Of a DNA stretch of 64,000 nt, positions 41,947 to 52,416 are shown piece by piece. The position numbers and the translations under genes are program-made. The stretch lies in assembly GCA_963796965.1 (NCBI GenBank), contig CAWCNS010000007.1, positions 320,001 through 384,000 on the forward strand, in the 5' to 3' direction. This DNA comes from Calditrichia bacterium (GTDB lineage: Bacteria; Calditrichota; Calditrichia; JAJRVZ01). The notes below the pieces were generated by a model. It was not told where the DNA came from. It ran no database searches and was given only the letters and a program-made list of their open reading frames with translations. Each line of letters begins with the position of its first letter. Within the stretch, counting starts at the first letter, position 1.

Positions 41947-42118
41947 ATTGTAGGGGCGGATCCTTCTGAATATTCAATAGCCAACACGGAATATTCAATG
42001 TTCAATGAAGTGAAATCGTGAAATGTTAAATATGAAACGCCGTCAGTAATTGTGGGGGCGGACTGTGTGTCCGTCCTTTTGAATATTCAATAGTCAACAC
42101 GGAATATTCATTGTTCAA
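41947..42118 (+). repeat. Tandem duplication of a REP-like unit plus a 39-bp segment
   Basis: tgaatattcaatag(c/t)caacacggaatattca(a/t)tgttcaa at 41967-42005 and 42080-42118, each preceded by attgt(a/g)ggggcgga. Confidence 0.85.
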
Positions 42119-42269
42119 GTAACAATCAAAAAGCATGCAGAGAATTTTATGAAAAAAGACAAAATAAAACCTTATATAAGATTCTTGCTTTCTGTATTCT
42201 GCTTCCCTGCTTTCCATTGGAATAATTTGTGTAATTCGTGGATAAAATACATCACGTGAGACATTCAGA

Positions 42270-43582
42270 TCACATCCTTCTGTTGATAACGTTGTTATAA
42301 ATAGATCCAAATGTATAGCGGAGACCAAACGTTGCCCTCAGGTCATATGTCGTGGCTAATTGACGTCTTTTTAGCAAAACTTCATCAATACTTGCATCTC
42401 CCCGTGGTAAATATATTTGATCATGAATACTTTCAAAATTTGTTTCCAGAACAATTCCCCAGGCACTGGAAAGGCGCAAACTTATTTCAGACTCTAATTG
42501 GATGCTGTAATTATCCTTCAATTCCGGATACTGACGTGCTTCTACTTTCAGATCTACTTCTCCCCATGGCTGCGCCATTTGCACTTCCATAACAACTGCC
42601 TGGAACCAGAGGCTTTGACGGAACTTGTTATAGATTGTCAATTGTCTATACTCATTTTGTTGAAAACCAACGTAATAACCAAAAGTAATTAATCGTCGTT
42701 CTGAATCAGGCCAGGGGAAAATATTATATTCTATACCTGGTGCAATATTATAACCCAATTTAATATTTCTATAGGTTGTCGAGTACATTTCACCAAAAAT
42801 CCCAGCAGACCATCTTGTCGTAAGCGTTCGAATTATTTCTGAACTTGCCTCCCAGGTTCTCAGCGTACTTATTAGATTTTTCGTCATCGTTTGAAAAACT
42901 TTCTTCCTCGTATATCAATTCAAAACTATTTTTAATTTTCCAGTCCTCGGTCACACGGTCAGCATCTATAGAACTTATGATAGAATATCCCTTAACGCTT
43001 TCTTCCGCATTCATTCCACCACCAACATCAATATTAAAGATCCAGTAATCCCATGGATCTTTCAAGTAACTCAGGTGTTAATATTACTTCTTCATCGTCA
43101 TATTGAATATCCAACCGCCCAGCAAAAGCGGTCTGAGCCATATAGCGCATCAATCCCATTTTGACAATTTGACTCAATCCTTCCCTTCTCTCAATATCTG
43201 TATCTGATTGTTGTGAATAATAGAATAAGTTCTGATTCTGATCTTTATAATTTTCTCTACCTATAAATGAAATTAAATGCTTTTTACCACCACTACCTGT
43301 ATGTTGCTCGGTAATAAATACATGTACCTGGGCCAGGTTTGGATCACGGACATAGGTTACAAAAGGGATCTCACTTCTTAAAAACCTTTCAGTGTTATCA
43401 CTCTCGGAATATTCAATATATACTCTCAGCGCTTCTTCCTGTACACCGTTTGATATGGTTGAATTGATATCGTTCTGCGCGCTAATAAATCCGGGAAGAA
43501 GTAATGAAATTGATATTAAAAACCGCTTAAATATATAGAATATTCTTTTATGGTTAAAACTATACATGATATTTTCTTTCAT
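42270..43582 (-). CDS. Exported/outer-membrane protein (split into three ORFs)
   Basis: Consecutive frames FVTYVRD..AQVHV..TGSGG / DPWDYW / IEYNIFP...RYTFGSIYNNVINRR form one protein. Confidence 0.75.
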
Positions 43583-43601
43583 CGTAATGTGAGATATCTA
43601 T

Positions 43602-43737
43602 CTCTCCCTTAGATAAGGGGTTGTTGCAGTATCGGTTAAATTGCACAATTTTTGGTGTAGTCCCTTACGACGGGATCTCCCCCTTGGAAAGGGGACTAAC
43701 CCCGTCCTACGGGACTAACCCCCTTCTAAGGGGGAAT
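43602..43737. repeat. Cluster of C/G-run hairpins (cccc-N-gggg)
   Basis: tcccttagataagggg, cccccttggaaagggg, gggactaacccc (twice), cccccttctaaggggg. Confidence 0.75.
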
Positions 43738-44067
43738 AGATTTTGCTTATTCGAACAGATAATCACACATTTCTGTTATAATTATCTAATCTACAACAAC
43801 TCCTTTTAAATGAGGATTATATCTTTGACTCTTGATATTGTCTATAACTCAATAGATGCAGTGTATTAATTATTTCCCCGGTGATGGTTTTTCTAATAAA
43901 TAAACCCGATATCGTAAGAATACCGGGTCTATATTGTGCTATTCAAGATCAAATACTTGCAGAAATAATTTCCATTCTGAGTTCTCTTATTTGTAACTCA
44001 TCATTAATATTTCTGATTAGACAACAATTTTCAGATTCATTTCTATTAATTCCGTACCTAATCTTCA

Positions 44068-45159
44068 TTATTTATTTGCGAGAATATTTTTTTTTTGACC
44101 ATTGGGCGCTTTGACTAATTCATCCCCAGCGATATCTTCCCAGGAATATATGTGAAAAGTTTTATCGTCAGACATGGCAACAAAGAAACCAGATGGGAAA
44201 ATTGAATTCACAGGGACATTGGTCACCTCACTGCCATCACTATCGATAGTGGAAGCCTGGATAACTTTTACTAATGTATGGTTATGAGGATTTCCCGGCT
44301 CACCTTCGCGTTTGTAAATATTAAACTTTCCAACTTCCTGATCAGAAACGATGATATATCCTGTTCCATCATTTGCCTTGTAGATCGAAATACCCTCCCG
44401 ATCCATAGTAAAGTTATCTGTCCCGAATAAGGCCAGTTCGCTATTTGCATTCTCTGCGTCGGGATCAGCCTGATATTTTCTGATTCCAACATTTTCATCA
44501 GCACAGTATACATATCCCAACTCATCATCGACAGCAATCGCTTCGATCTCTTTTATACCACTCCAAATACCAAATTCACGTACTTTTATTCCACCGACCA
44601 TGCCATTGCCAGCATCTTCTAATTTATATTGCCATAAATATGTCCCATCTGTCGGCCCCTCTTTTCTCCCAACGATAGCATATATTGCGTCATCAGATGG
44701 ACGTTTGTAAAGAGCAATACCCATAGGAGCACGAAGTTCTTGACCCACAAATACTTCGATCCCACCATTATCGATCGGCACCATATCCGGAAGTCTGAAA
44801 ATACGAATTTTATTTTCATATCTTTCGGTAGTGACGGCTATATCAATCGCTTTGCCATCTATGATCAGACCATATTCAATGTCAACGTTGTTGGGACGCT
44901 TCAGACCACGTACTGTTTTTTGTTCATCAATTTTTCCATCCATCCCAAAAACATACAAAGCACCATCTTCTTTTTTGTCTGTACCTAAAATCAAACTTCG
45001 CGTAGGATCCGTTGGATGTATCCAAATCGCCGGATCATCAGCATCATGTTTAACTTGCTCGGTAACCACAACCGGTGCAAGTTTATCAGTCAATTCAGAT
45101 CCCTTTTGCTGGCAACCAAACATCATTACCCCAGCTAATAACATAATTAAATTTTTCAT
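44068..45159 (-). CDS. Beta-propeller 3-phytase lipoprotein
   Basis: Lipobox FGC; DADDPAIWIHP, GTDK, PNNVD, EIEAIAVD, DREGISIY, VSDQ, SDGSEV. Confidence 0.92.
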   Translation of the reverse strand: MKNLIMLLAGVMMFGCQQKGSELTDKLAPVVVTEQVKHDADDPAIWIHPTDPTRSLILGTDKKEDGALYVFGMDGKIDEQKTVRGLKRPNNVDIEYGLIIDGKAIDIAVTTERYENKIRIFRLPDMVPIDNGGIEVFVGQELRAPMGIALYKRPSDDAIYAIVGRKEGPTDGTYLWQYKLEDAGNGMVGGIKVREFGIWSGIKEIEAIAVDDELGYVYCADENVGIRKYQADPDAENANSELALFGTDNFTMDREGISIYKANDGTGYIIVSDQEVGKFNIYKREGEPGNPHNHTLVKVIQASTIDSDGSEVTNVPVNSIFPSGFFVAMSDDKTFHIYSWEDIAGDELVKAPNGQKKNILANK

Positions 45160-45231
45160 CTCTGTTGCCCTTCCTTCTAAAATATTTATTTTATATTTTC
45201 ATGATTTCTATGGATAATATAAAACATCAAT

Positions 45232-45268
45232 ATTAAAAGAAGATTAAAAGAAAATTAATTTTTTTTAA
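45232..45268 (-). promoter_or_regulatory. Putative OmpR/PhoB-type direct-repeat operator upstream of the phytase
   Basis: TTAA cores at 45233, 45244 and 45255 (11-bp period); attaaaagaa repeated exactly. Confidence 0.45.
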
Positions 45269-45325
45269 TGTTTGAGGTAGGTAAAATTTGCAGGATTTTG
45301 TGGTTTATGATGTATTCTAAAAAAA

Positions 45326-45430
45326 TTGTCCACGAATTACACTAATTTTCACGAATTAAAATATTTTTACAAAGTTATAAAAAGAATATATATTTAGAAA
45401 TTCGTGTTAGTTTTTGTAATTCGTGGACAA
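45326..45430. repeat. Inverted-arm repeat, (cacgaatt)n type, with perfect 16-bp terminal arms
   Basis: ttgtccacgaattaca ... tgtaattcgtggacaa. Confidence 0.9.
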
Positions 45431-45467
45431 GTTCTTTTTTTGAATGCAGCTCAATTAAAAGATAAAG

Positions 45468-47377
45468 TTAATTATTCAGGGGTAAATTAATCGAAAAGGT
45501 ACTCCCCTTCTCAGGTTCACTGACGACACTTATTGAGCCCTCATGTACGTCACAAACCCACTTGGCGATCGCTAAACCAAGGCCACTCCCTCCGGTTTCT
45601 CTTGATCGCGATGAATCAACCCTATAGAATCTATCGAAAATTTTTGCATGATATTGATTAGCAATACCGATACCCTGATCTTTAATCGAAAAATAGGCCA
45701 CTTTTTCTTTTACATATAAGGATAGCGTCACCTCTGAATCGTCATCCGAATATTTAATCGCATTATATACCAGGTTACTCAAGGCTCGAATAAGCAATTC
45801 CTCATCGCCATAATATTCAACGATATCAACTTTACTAATATCCAGTTTGATATGCTTTTTACTTGCCAGAGTCTGACAACGGCTCACTGTAGCCATCAAA
45901 ACCTCATCAAGGCGAATAGATTTTTTGTTAACAATTAATCGTCCTGAATCCGTTTTGGCAAGAAGATGGAGATCGTCAACTATTTTAGCCATACGTTCGA
46001 TTTCTAACACAGAGTTATTCAAATACTTTCCTGCCTCTGTGTTATCATCCAAAGTTTTTGATGCCATTTCGATATCGGACAAAATGATGCTCAAGGGTGT
46101 CCGTAATTCATGAGAGGCGTCAGCAATAAACACTTTTTGCATTTGGAACGACCGTGCCAGGCGATCTAACAATTCATTAAAGGTTTGGACCAATCGCTGA
46201 ATTTCATTATCAAGATTTGGCAGGGGTAGTCGTTTATCAAGATTTTTGGAAGTGATATCATTAACAGAACGGATTACATCATCCACCGGCCGTAAAGCAC
46301 GACGCATCAGGAAGTATCCTCCAGCCCATACGATACAAATCAAGAGTAATCCACCCAGGGAAAAATTAAAAGCAAGATAATTCAGGCTTTTCCTAATAGA
46401 TTGGGTTGGAATTGCGAGATCCACTTTATATAAATAGGTCGGGATTAGATCATCGATAAGTGTATATTGTCTGTAATCACGGTCCTGATCATCATAGATA
46501 TCATAGAAGTATTCTTTTGGTAAGATTTCCCGGGGCGTGACAATAATTTCTGAATCATACTCATGACTGGGTATAAAGATATCTGCTTTTCGAATATCTT
46601 TTGTCGCCCATAGGATTCGATCCTCCTCATAGATATAAATATAAGCCCAGGCGTTCAAATTCTTTAGAATTTTTATTAATTTATCTTCATCTTCAACACT
46701 CAATGAGTCGGCCTGTCGATCGATTGATTCGGCAATTTCATATATGGCTAGTGCTATTCTTTGATAACTATATTGATCCTGCGGGATTAAATCAGAATCA
46801 ACAACTAATCCGACAAAATAGTTCTTGGTGATTCTTACCCCGGAGTAACCCATCCCTTTAATTATACCATTATTTGAAGTTTTATGCTCGAAGGGACGAT
46901 AACCCCACTGTTTATACTGCGGTTGTTTGAAATTTATATTATAATTTTTGATTTCTGGTGATTGATAAATCATCTTTCCGGATATAAGGTTGCTGATTTG
47001 TACAAAACCGATATCATTCAGGTGATTATCAATCGATTCATCAATTATCTCTTGTACGATACCTGATTTGAATTCCTCTAAAAGTCGGGAGTCCAGATTA
47101 CCGGAGCAAAATCATCTATATCATAATCATGATCAGAAAATAATTTGAATAGAGTCGCATCAAATTCATCATCATCTAAATCATCCCGAAGTTCCATTAT
47201 CTCTTCCAACATTTCTTCACCCAACTGAGATATGCCATAATTAAACTTTTCCCAGGTTTGATTTGAAATGTGAAGATAGATAAAGGATGTAAATCCAACA
47301 ACGACTATCGTAAAAAAACCGATATACCATTTTGTCAGCCAACTTCTATATCCCGCTTTTTTAAAAAACGAATTCAT
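45468..47377 (-). CDS. HAMP-domain sensor histidine kinase (split by an indel near 47.1 kb)
   Basis: Two TM segments, HAMP, FIADASHELRTPL, NLVYNAIKYS, DQGIGI, GGSGLGL. Confidence 0.9.
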
Positions 47378-47395
47378 TTTTTCTTCCAGTCTGAT

Positions 47396-48067
47396 TCATT
47401 CATCTTTAATCATGTATCCTGCACCGCGAATGGTTTGAATGATTTTTTCTTCACCCTCTGTTTCAATCTTTTTCCTTAAAAAATTAATAATAACGTCAAT
47501 AACATTACTACCTGCATCAAAATGGATATCCCAGACATGTTCAGAAATCATGGTTCTTGTGATAACCTTATTTTTATTTAAGATTAAATACTCAAGTAAA
47601 GCAAACTCTTTATTTGTCAGCTGGATCTCCTGTCCTGCGCGTCGTACCTTCCTCGCAGAAATATCCAACTCGATATTGTGAATTTTAATAACCGACTGGC
47701 TAACTTTATGAGAGCGCCGTAACAAAGCATTCACTCTCGCGACCAATTCGGCAATTACAAATGGCTTGGTTAAATAGTCATCAGCGCCTTTTTCTAATCC
47801 TCTTATTTTATCAGAAACCTCGCCAAGTGCTGACAGCATTAAAATAGGAATATCTATTCCGGCATTTCGCAGAGATTCACAAACTTCCCAGCCATTTTTT
47901 TTGGGTAAGAGGATATCAAGAACGATTAAATCATATTCGTTGGTCATGGCCAGATATTCAGCATTTTCACCATCATGTGCGACGTCTACAGAGTATTTTT
48001 GTTCCTCAAGTCCATTTTTTATAAACTCTGCCAGGCGTTTCTCGTCTTCAACAACAAGTATTCTCAT
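47396..48067 (-). CDS. OmpR/PhoB-family response regulator (CusR/CopR-like)
   Basis: ILVVEDE, LDILLP, GADDYLTKPF, LTNKEF, TIRGAGY. Confidence 0.95.
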   Translation of the reverse strand: MRILVVEDEKRLAEFIKNGLEEQKYSVDVAHDGENAEYLAMTNEYDLIVLDILLPKKNGWEVCESLRNAGIDIPILMLSALGEVSDKIRGLEKGADDYLTKPFVIAELVARVNALLRRSHKVSQSVIKIHNIELDISARKVRRAGQEIQLTNKEFALLEYLILNKNKVITRTMISEHVWDIHFDAGSNVIDVIINFLRKKIETEGEEKIIQTIRGAGYMIKDE

Positions 48068-48156
48068 TTATGACACCTTTTTAATCAAGAATTTATTATA
48101 GAGCATAAGGCCACTACCAAGAAATTTCCCGTAAAAGCAAATGGATATAACTCCTC

Positions 48157-48251
48157 TGTCATTCCGGAGGAATCTTACTACGTGCCGGAATCGAAGGTGC
48201 ATGAAGGAAGATCCTTTTCCGAAGGATCCCGTTCCGGGACTGGATGACATT
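48157..48251. repeat. GTCAT...ATGAC palindromic element with a nested hairpin; relative of the core of the 240-bp repeat
   Basis: gtcattccggaggaatc...gaaggaagatccttttcc...gatcccgttccgggactggatgac. Confidence 0.8.
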
Positions 48252-48392
48252 AATAATTTTGTATAAAGACCAAGGTTTTTCCGTAGGAAAATAAATCAGT
48301 ACCTTAACGTATCAATTTACAAATTTTCACAGGAACAATTGAATTTTAAAGATTATTTATCGGCTAAATAATCACTATTCATATAAATCATT

Positions 48393-50768
48393 TTACTTTT
48401 TTATTTTGGAAGATTTCAATGTTACGTCAGGAATTGGTCGTTTTTTTGTATAGTTTATTGCCAGAAGGATGATGGCGTTTTCTGGAATGGGTTTATTCGC
48501 ATAGTTTTTAAAGGAATTGCTTCCTTTTAGTGTAATGTGTTTGATATTTTTTCCCATTCTGGGATTTTTCCACTCATAAGCAAAAAATGACTTTGATTCA
48601 TTGGGATTTTGCGAACCTTCCATAAATTCTGTCTGATAGGCATAAACTGATTGTTGGGCGCCTGTTTTCCCCTCGATCCATCCATCCTTATCACGATTAC
48701 AAGCATTGATATCAAGAATATTAATCCCGTACCGGATAGGAATCGTTGTTTTAAAGCCATCTTCATAGGTAACTTCATACCAGCCGAGCAAATCGGCTGT
48801 GTCATCAAAATTATATATCATACGATAGGCTTTATCATTATTCGCTATCCTGGCACAAGCATGTAAAAATATTAGACTGTTGGCATCGTCGTTCACCTTA
48901 ATTTTAGGACTTTCCCTTGTTGTATTAGTGTCTGTTCCTACGATAATTGCTCGTTTGTTTTTAGTCAACTCAGGCTTGGGAATAACAAAATTTTTTGATC
49001 CTACTTGTCCTGATTTAAGATTTTCAAGATTAATTCCTAAAACATTTGTTTTAGCAGAAGCATTATAATGCATTGAAAGGTCAAGAGAGGTTATTTCGTT
49101 ACCATCCTCAGAGGGCAAACTGTTTCCATTAAGATAGCGTCGAATTTTAGGCATTAGGTGTCGCGTTGTCGTGAGCATTTCTGGCTGGGCAAGAGGACGT
49201 TCTGACCAAAGCAGATTTCCGCAACCAAGAAAATCAGATAAAAGATCTTTCCCGAAGTTGAACTCAGTCGTACCTGCCCAGGAAGACGGCGCACCACCCA
49301 TGACGCTTGGCCATTTACTCCGTTTATCCCAGTCACTGATATTTGGACGGAAATTTCCATAAACTTGTTTGAAACCGAATTTTTCAACAGCAAGGTCATT
49401 GTTTTTATCACCCCAAAACCAGTTGAAAACCAGTATATCCTTGGGAATTGACTGGATGACTTGTTCAGGTGAAAGTGCGCCGGGGATTTTATATTTATAG
49501 CCGCTCTTGGTTTCACGATCGCGAAATCCTTTTTGACGAACAGATTCTAACAAATGATCTCCCCACATAGCAACTTCTATTTTCCTCTCTTTTAAATATG
49601 TGTAAATCTTCTGAATATCCTGAACAAACAATTCTCGATAATCCTTGCCTTTGCATAAAGGACAAATATTGACCGGCATGCGCCATTCGTCTTTTCCCAG
49701 GTGAATCATTTTTGGTTGAATAACTTCTATGTATTCATCAAGTACATCAAATACGAGTTTATAGCTCTCAGGATTTGACGGGCAATAGGTATCCGGCCAT
49801 TCAGCATCTTTTATTTCAGCTAACTCGCGGTGTCTGTTTAGAAGATAATAGGAATGCATTAAAGAAGTAATCTCCGGAATTACCTCGATATGAAATTTTC
49901 GGATATATTCCACTAAATCAGCGACTTCTTCCTTTTCCAAAATCTGCCCGTCTGCGGCATCATGATGGGATGAATTTTGATACTGGTTTCCCGGTCCTTC
50001 CGGACGATCGCGTCTCGAATAATTCATTTCTCTGGCAAATTCGGTTGATCCGACATTTATTTCAGGATGTTTATCCAGTCGCATTGCGCCATTTACTTCT
50101 AAAATAACTTTATTGAATTTATATAGGGCCATGAAATCACGAATAAAACGCTTGAAAAAAGTGAGATTCTCGCGACCGGGGATAAAAAGACGAATACCGC
50201 GAAAAGGTAATTTAGGAGAATCGCTCACTTTAACTTTTGGCAGTATCAATTTACTTGTGCGCTTCGTTATGAGTTGTCGCAGGGATTCAAAGCCATATAG
50301 AGATCCTGCTGCAGAATTGGAGGCAACGATTACCGCATTTTCCTCGATTTTTAATATATATCCCTCATCTCCCAGAGTCTTTATATCTTCATTAATTTGA
50401 ACACTGGTGCAATATTTATTCACTAAATCGTTTGAAATAGCACCCATCAGAATATAGTTTTTATCAGATGGTATAATATCAGTCTTTATTATATTTAATG
50501 GTAACAAATAAAGGTCTGACAATTCGACAACGAGTAATCTAGCCAGAAACCAATCATTTTTACTGGCATTTTCTGGTATTAGAATTACTGTATTTTCATC
50601 GAGGCTGAACTCTCCTTCTAAATATTTGATATTTTGTGGGACAGGAAATATTTTGGGTATATCATCCGCCAGGGCAAATTGGAAAGAGAAGAGAACAATA
50701 ATTAATGTAATAATTAACAAAAACCCCTTATTTGAAATCTGAAAATTACAGATAAAATTTTGTCTCAT
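48393..50768 (-). CDS. GH20-like beta-N-acetylhexosaminidase
   Basis: Signal peptide, IFPVPQ, EGYIL, DSP..PFRG, VIPEI...H, IHLGKDE catalytic DE, MWGD. Confidence 0.8.
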   Translation of the reverse strand: MRQNFICNFQISNKGFLLIITLIIVLFSFQFALADDIPKIFPVPQNIKYLEGEFSLDENTVILIPENASKNDWFLARLLVVELSDLYLLPLNIIKTDIIPSDKNYILMGAISNDLVNKYCTSVQINEDIKTLGDEGYILKIEENAVIVASNSAAGSLYGFESLRQLITKRTSKLILPKVKVSDSPKLPFRGIRLFIPGRENLTFFKRFIRDFMALYKFNKVILEVNGAMRLDKHPEINVGSTEFAREMNYSRRDRPEGPGNQYQNSSHHDAADGQILEKEEVADLVEYIRKFHIEVIPEITSLMHSYYLLNRHRELAEIKDAEWPDTYCPSNPESYKLVFDVLDEYIEVIQPKMIHLGKDEWRMPVNICPLCKGKDYRELFVQDIQKIYTYLKERKIEVAMWGDHLLESVRQKGFRDRETKSGYKYKIPGALSPEQVIQSIPKDILVFNWFWGDKNNDLAVEKFGFKQVYGNFRPNISDWDKRSKWPSVMGGAPSSWAGTTEFNFGKDLLSDFLGCGNLLWSERPLAQPEMLTTTRHLMPKIRRYLNGNSLPSEDGNEITSLDLSMHYNASAKTNVLGINLENLKSGQVGSKNFVIPKPELTKNKRAIIVGTDTNTTRESPKIKVNDDANSLIFLHACARIANNDKAYRMIYNFDDTADLLGWYEVTYEDGFKTTIPIRYGINILDINACNRDKDGWIEGKTGAQQSVYAYQTEFMEGSQNPNESKSFFAYEWKNPRMGKNIKHITLKGSNSFKNYANKPIPENAIILLAINYTKKRPIPDVTLKSSKIKK

Positions 50769-50855
50769 ATTCCCTCCTTCAACAACTAAAGTCTAGTTGC
50801 CATCCCGATAAATCGGGACAATTAAAATTCAGTCAAAACAATATGGTTGTTCAAT

Positions 50856-51031
50856 AACGCAAGTTTTCTTTAACGCAGAGAGACGCCGAGAATGCAAAGT
50901 TCCGCAGAGAAAGATAATAATAAATAAATAATACAAAATACAAAAAGAGCAATAACTGCTTTATTGGATTTCTATAAATATCTTGTATCATTTATTAACC
51001 CTCTCCGCGTTCTCTGCGTACTCAGCGTTTA
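50856..51031. repeat. Inverted-arm repeat, (cgcagag)n type
   Basis: aacgcagagagacgccgagaatgcaaagttccgcagag ... ctctccgcgttctctgcgtactcagcgtt. Confidence 0.85.
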
Positions 51032-51200
51032 AATAATATTATATATTTTATTTCAATATTAATTATTTATTTAACTTTTAGCCCTAAATAACAGAAATTG
51101 TGTTATTCAGGTCAAACATTGTAACGACGCGATTAATCGCGTCGCAACTATAAAATAGGTCCGTAGGGAGAATCTAAAATTGAAGATTAAATAAATGATA

Positions 51201-52178
51201 TTATTTTATATTTATCACGTTTTCTTTCTTATGTCCACCTGGCGAACATACAATAATCTTATCAGCAGTATATTTTAACAATCGCCAGTTTGTCGTTTCA
51301 CGGGCAAAGCCTGCTGTTTCAGTTTGCAGGATTTTATGCCCAGAAGGAAATAACATCCATTCACTAACATTCTTATGACCATGGCCGCAAAATAATGCTT
51401 TTATATTCTGATTCTCATTCAATATCTTGAGAAAACCCCTGGCACATGTTTGCTCATCAAGTAGGAGTGTTTGTTTAGAAGAAAAAACTATACCATCACC
51501 ATTCAGGTCCGGAACTGGAAAATATTTATGCATAAATATTATAACCGGCTCATCTGCAAACTGTTTTACCTGCCCTTCTAACCAGTCTAATTGTGTTTTA
51601 TCGATATAAGATCCATTTCCTAAACTATATCCATTGTCTAGGAATAACAAGCGGTAGGTTGTTTCGTTCACCTGAAATGAACGAGAATAATAAGTTCCTT
51701 CACGAAAGCAGGAAATATTCCGTATCCAGGCAGCTCGCGCTCGTTGTGCGTCTAACTGGAACTTTTCTATTTTGGCTGAATCATTCATCCAATAAGTAGT
51801 GATATCGTGGTTACCAAGAGTGAGATATATGGGAACATCACTTTTTGAATAAATCGATGCAAATTGTTCAATCTGCGTTCCTAACATATTTCCTTTTTCA
51901 GTTTCTGCTTCGTAATAATCCACCAGATCCCCGGTAATAACGACAGCATTTACTCCTAATTGCGTAGGCCTTTTCTCGATGAATTCTTTTAGAGGATTGA
52001 TGCCATCACCATAATGTTGACGTAGTTTTACAAATTCAGGATGATACCCGTTTAGATTACAAAGATGGATGTCGCTAATTTGAATGACTTTAAGAGTATC
52101 GTTTTGGGCTTTAGTTGTGTTGGTTAATATGGTAAGAATCAAGAGCAGACTGATCATAGAAATTGTCATATGTTGCAT
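51201..52178 (-). CDS. Exported calcineurin-like metallophosphoesterase
   Basis: ISDIH, TGDLVD, LGNHD, MH, GHGH. Confidence 0.9.
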   Translation of the reverse strand: MQHMTISMISLLLILTILTNTTKAQNDTLKVIQISDIHLCNLNGYHPEFVKLRQHYGDGINPLKEFIEKRPTQLGVNAVVITGDLVDYYEAETEKGNMLGTQIEQFASIYSKSDVPIYLTLGNHDITTYWMNDSAKIEKFQLDAQRARAAWIRNISCFREGTYYSRSFQVNETTYRLLFLDNGYSLGNGSYIDKTQLDWLEGQVKQFADEPVIIFMHKYFPVPDLNGDGIVFSSKQTLLLDEQTCARGFLKILNENQNIKALFCGHGHKNVSEWMLFPSGHKILQTETAGFARETTNWRLLKYTADKIIVCSPGGHKKENVINIK

Positions 52179-52282
52179 ATTTATTTCTCCAATCCGGTTT
52201 ACTGGGTTAGCTCGAGGATAGATTAAATAAACTATCCTGATCTATTCATCCTGCAGCCTTTGACTAAAAACAAAAGAATTAA

Positions 52283-52370
52283 TTATCCACCGAAAGCACC
52301 AAATATCACCGAAACAAATAAAAATTATATTTTAAAATATTCGGTGTGTTTCAGTGTTCTCGGTGGTTAA
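52283..52370. repeat. Inverted-arm repeat, (caccgaa)n type
   Basis: ccaccgaaagcaccaaatatcaccgaa ... ttcggtgtgtttcagtgttctcggtgg. Confidence 0.85.
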
Positions 52371-52416
52371 TAATCTTTGCATCTTTGCGTCTTGGCGAGA
52401 GATTCTTTTAAATAAT

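Noticed and set aside
41967..42118. 39-bp direct repeat pair as a CRISPR array
   Set aside because: Only two units, a 74-bp gap that itself contains a REP-like hairpin, and no cas genes.
39760..48250. Small intergenic ORFs 39760-40020, 42026-42328, 43621-43809 and 48068-48250
   Set aside because: They run through repeat elements, have low-complexity composition and show no recognisable protein motifs.
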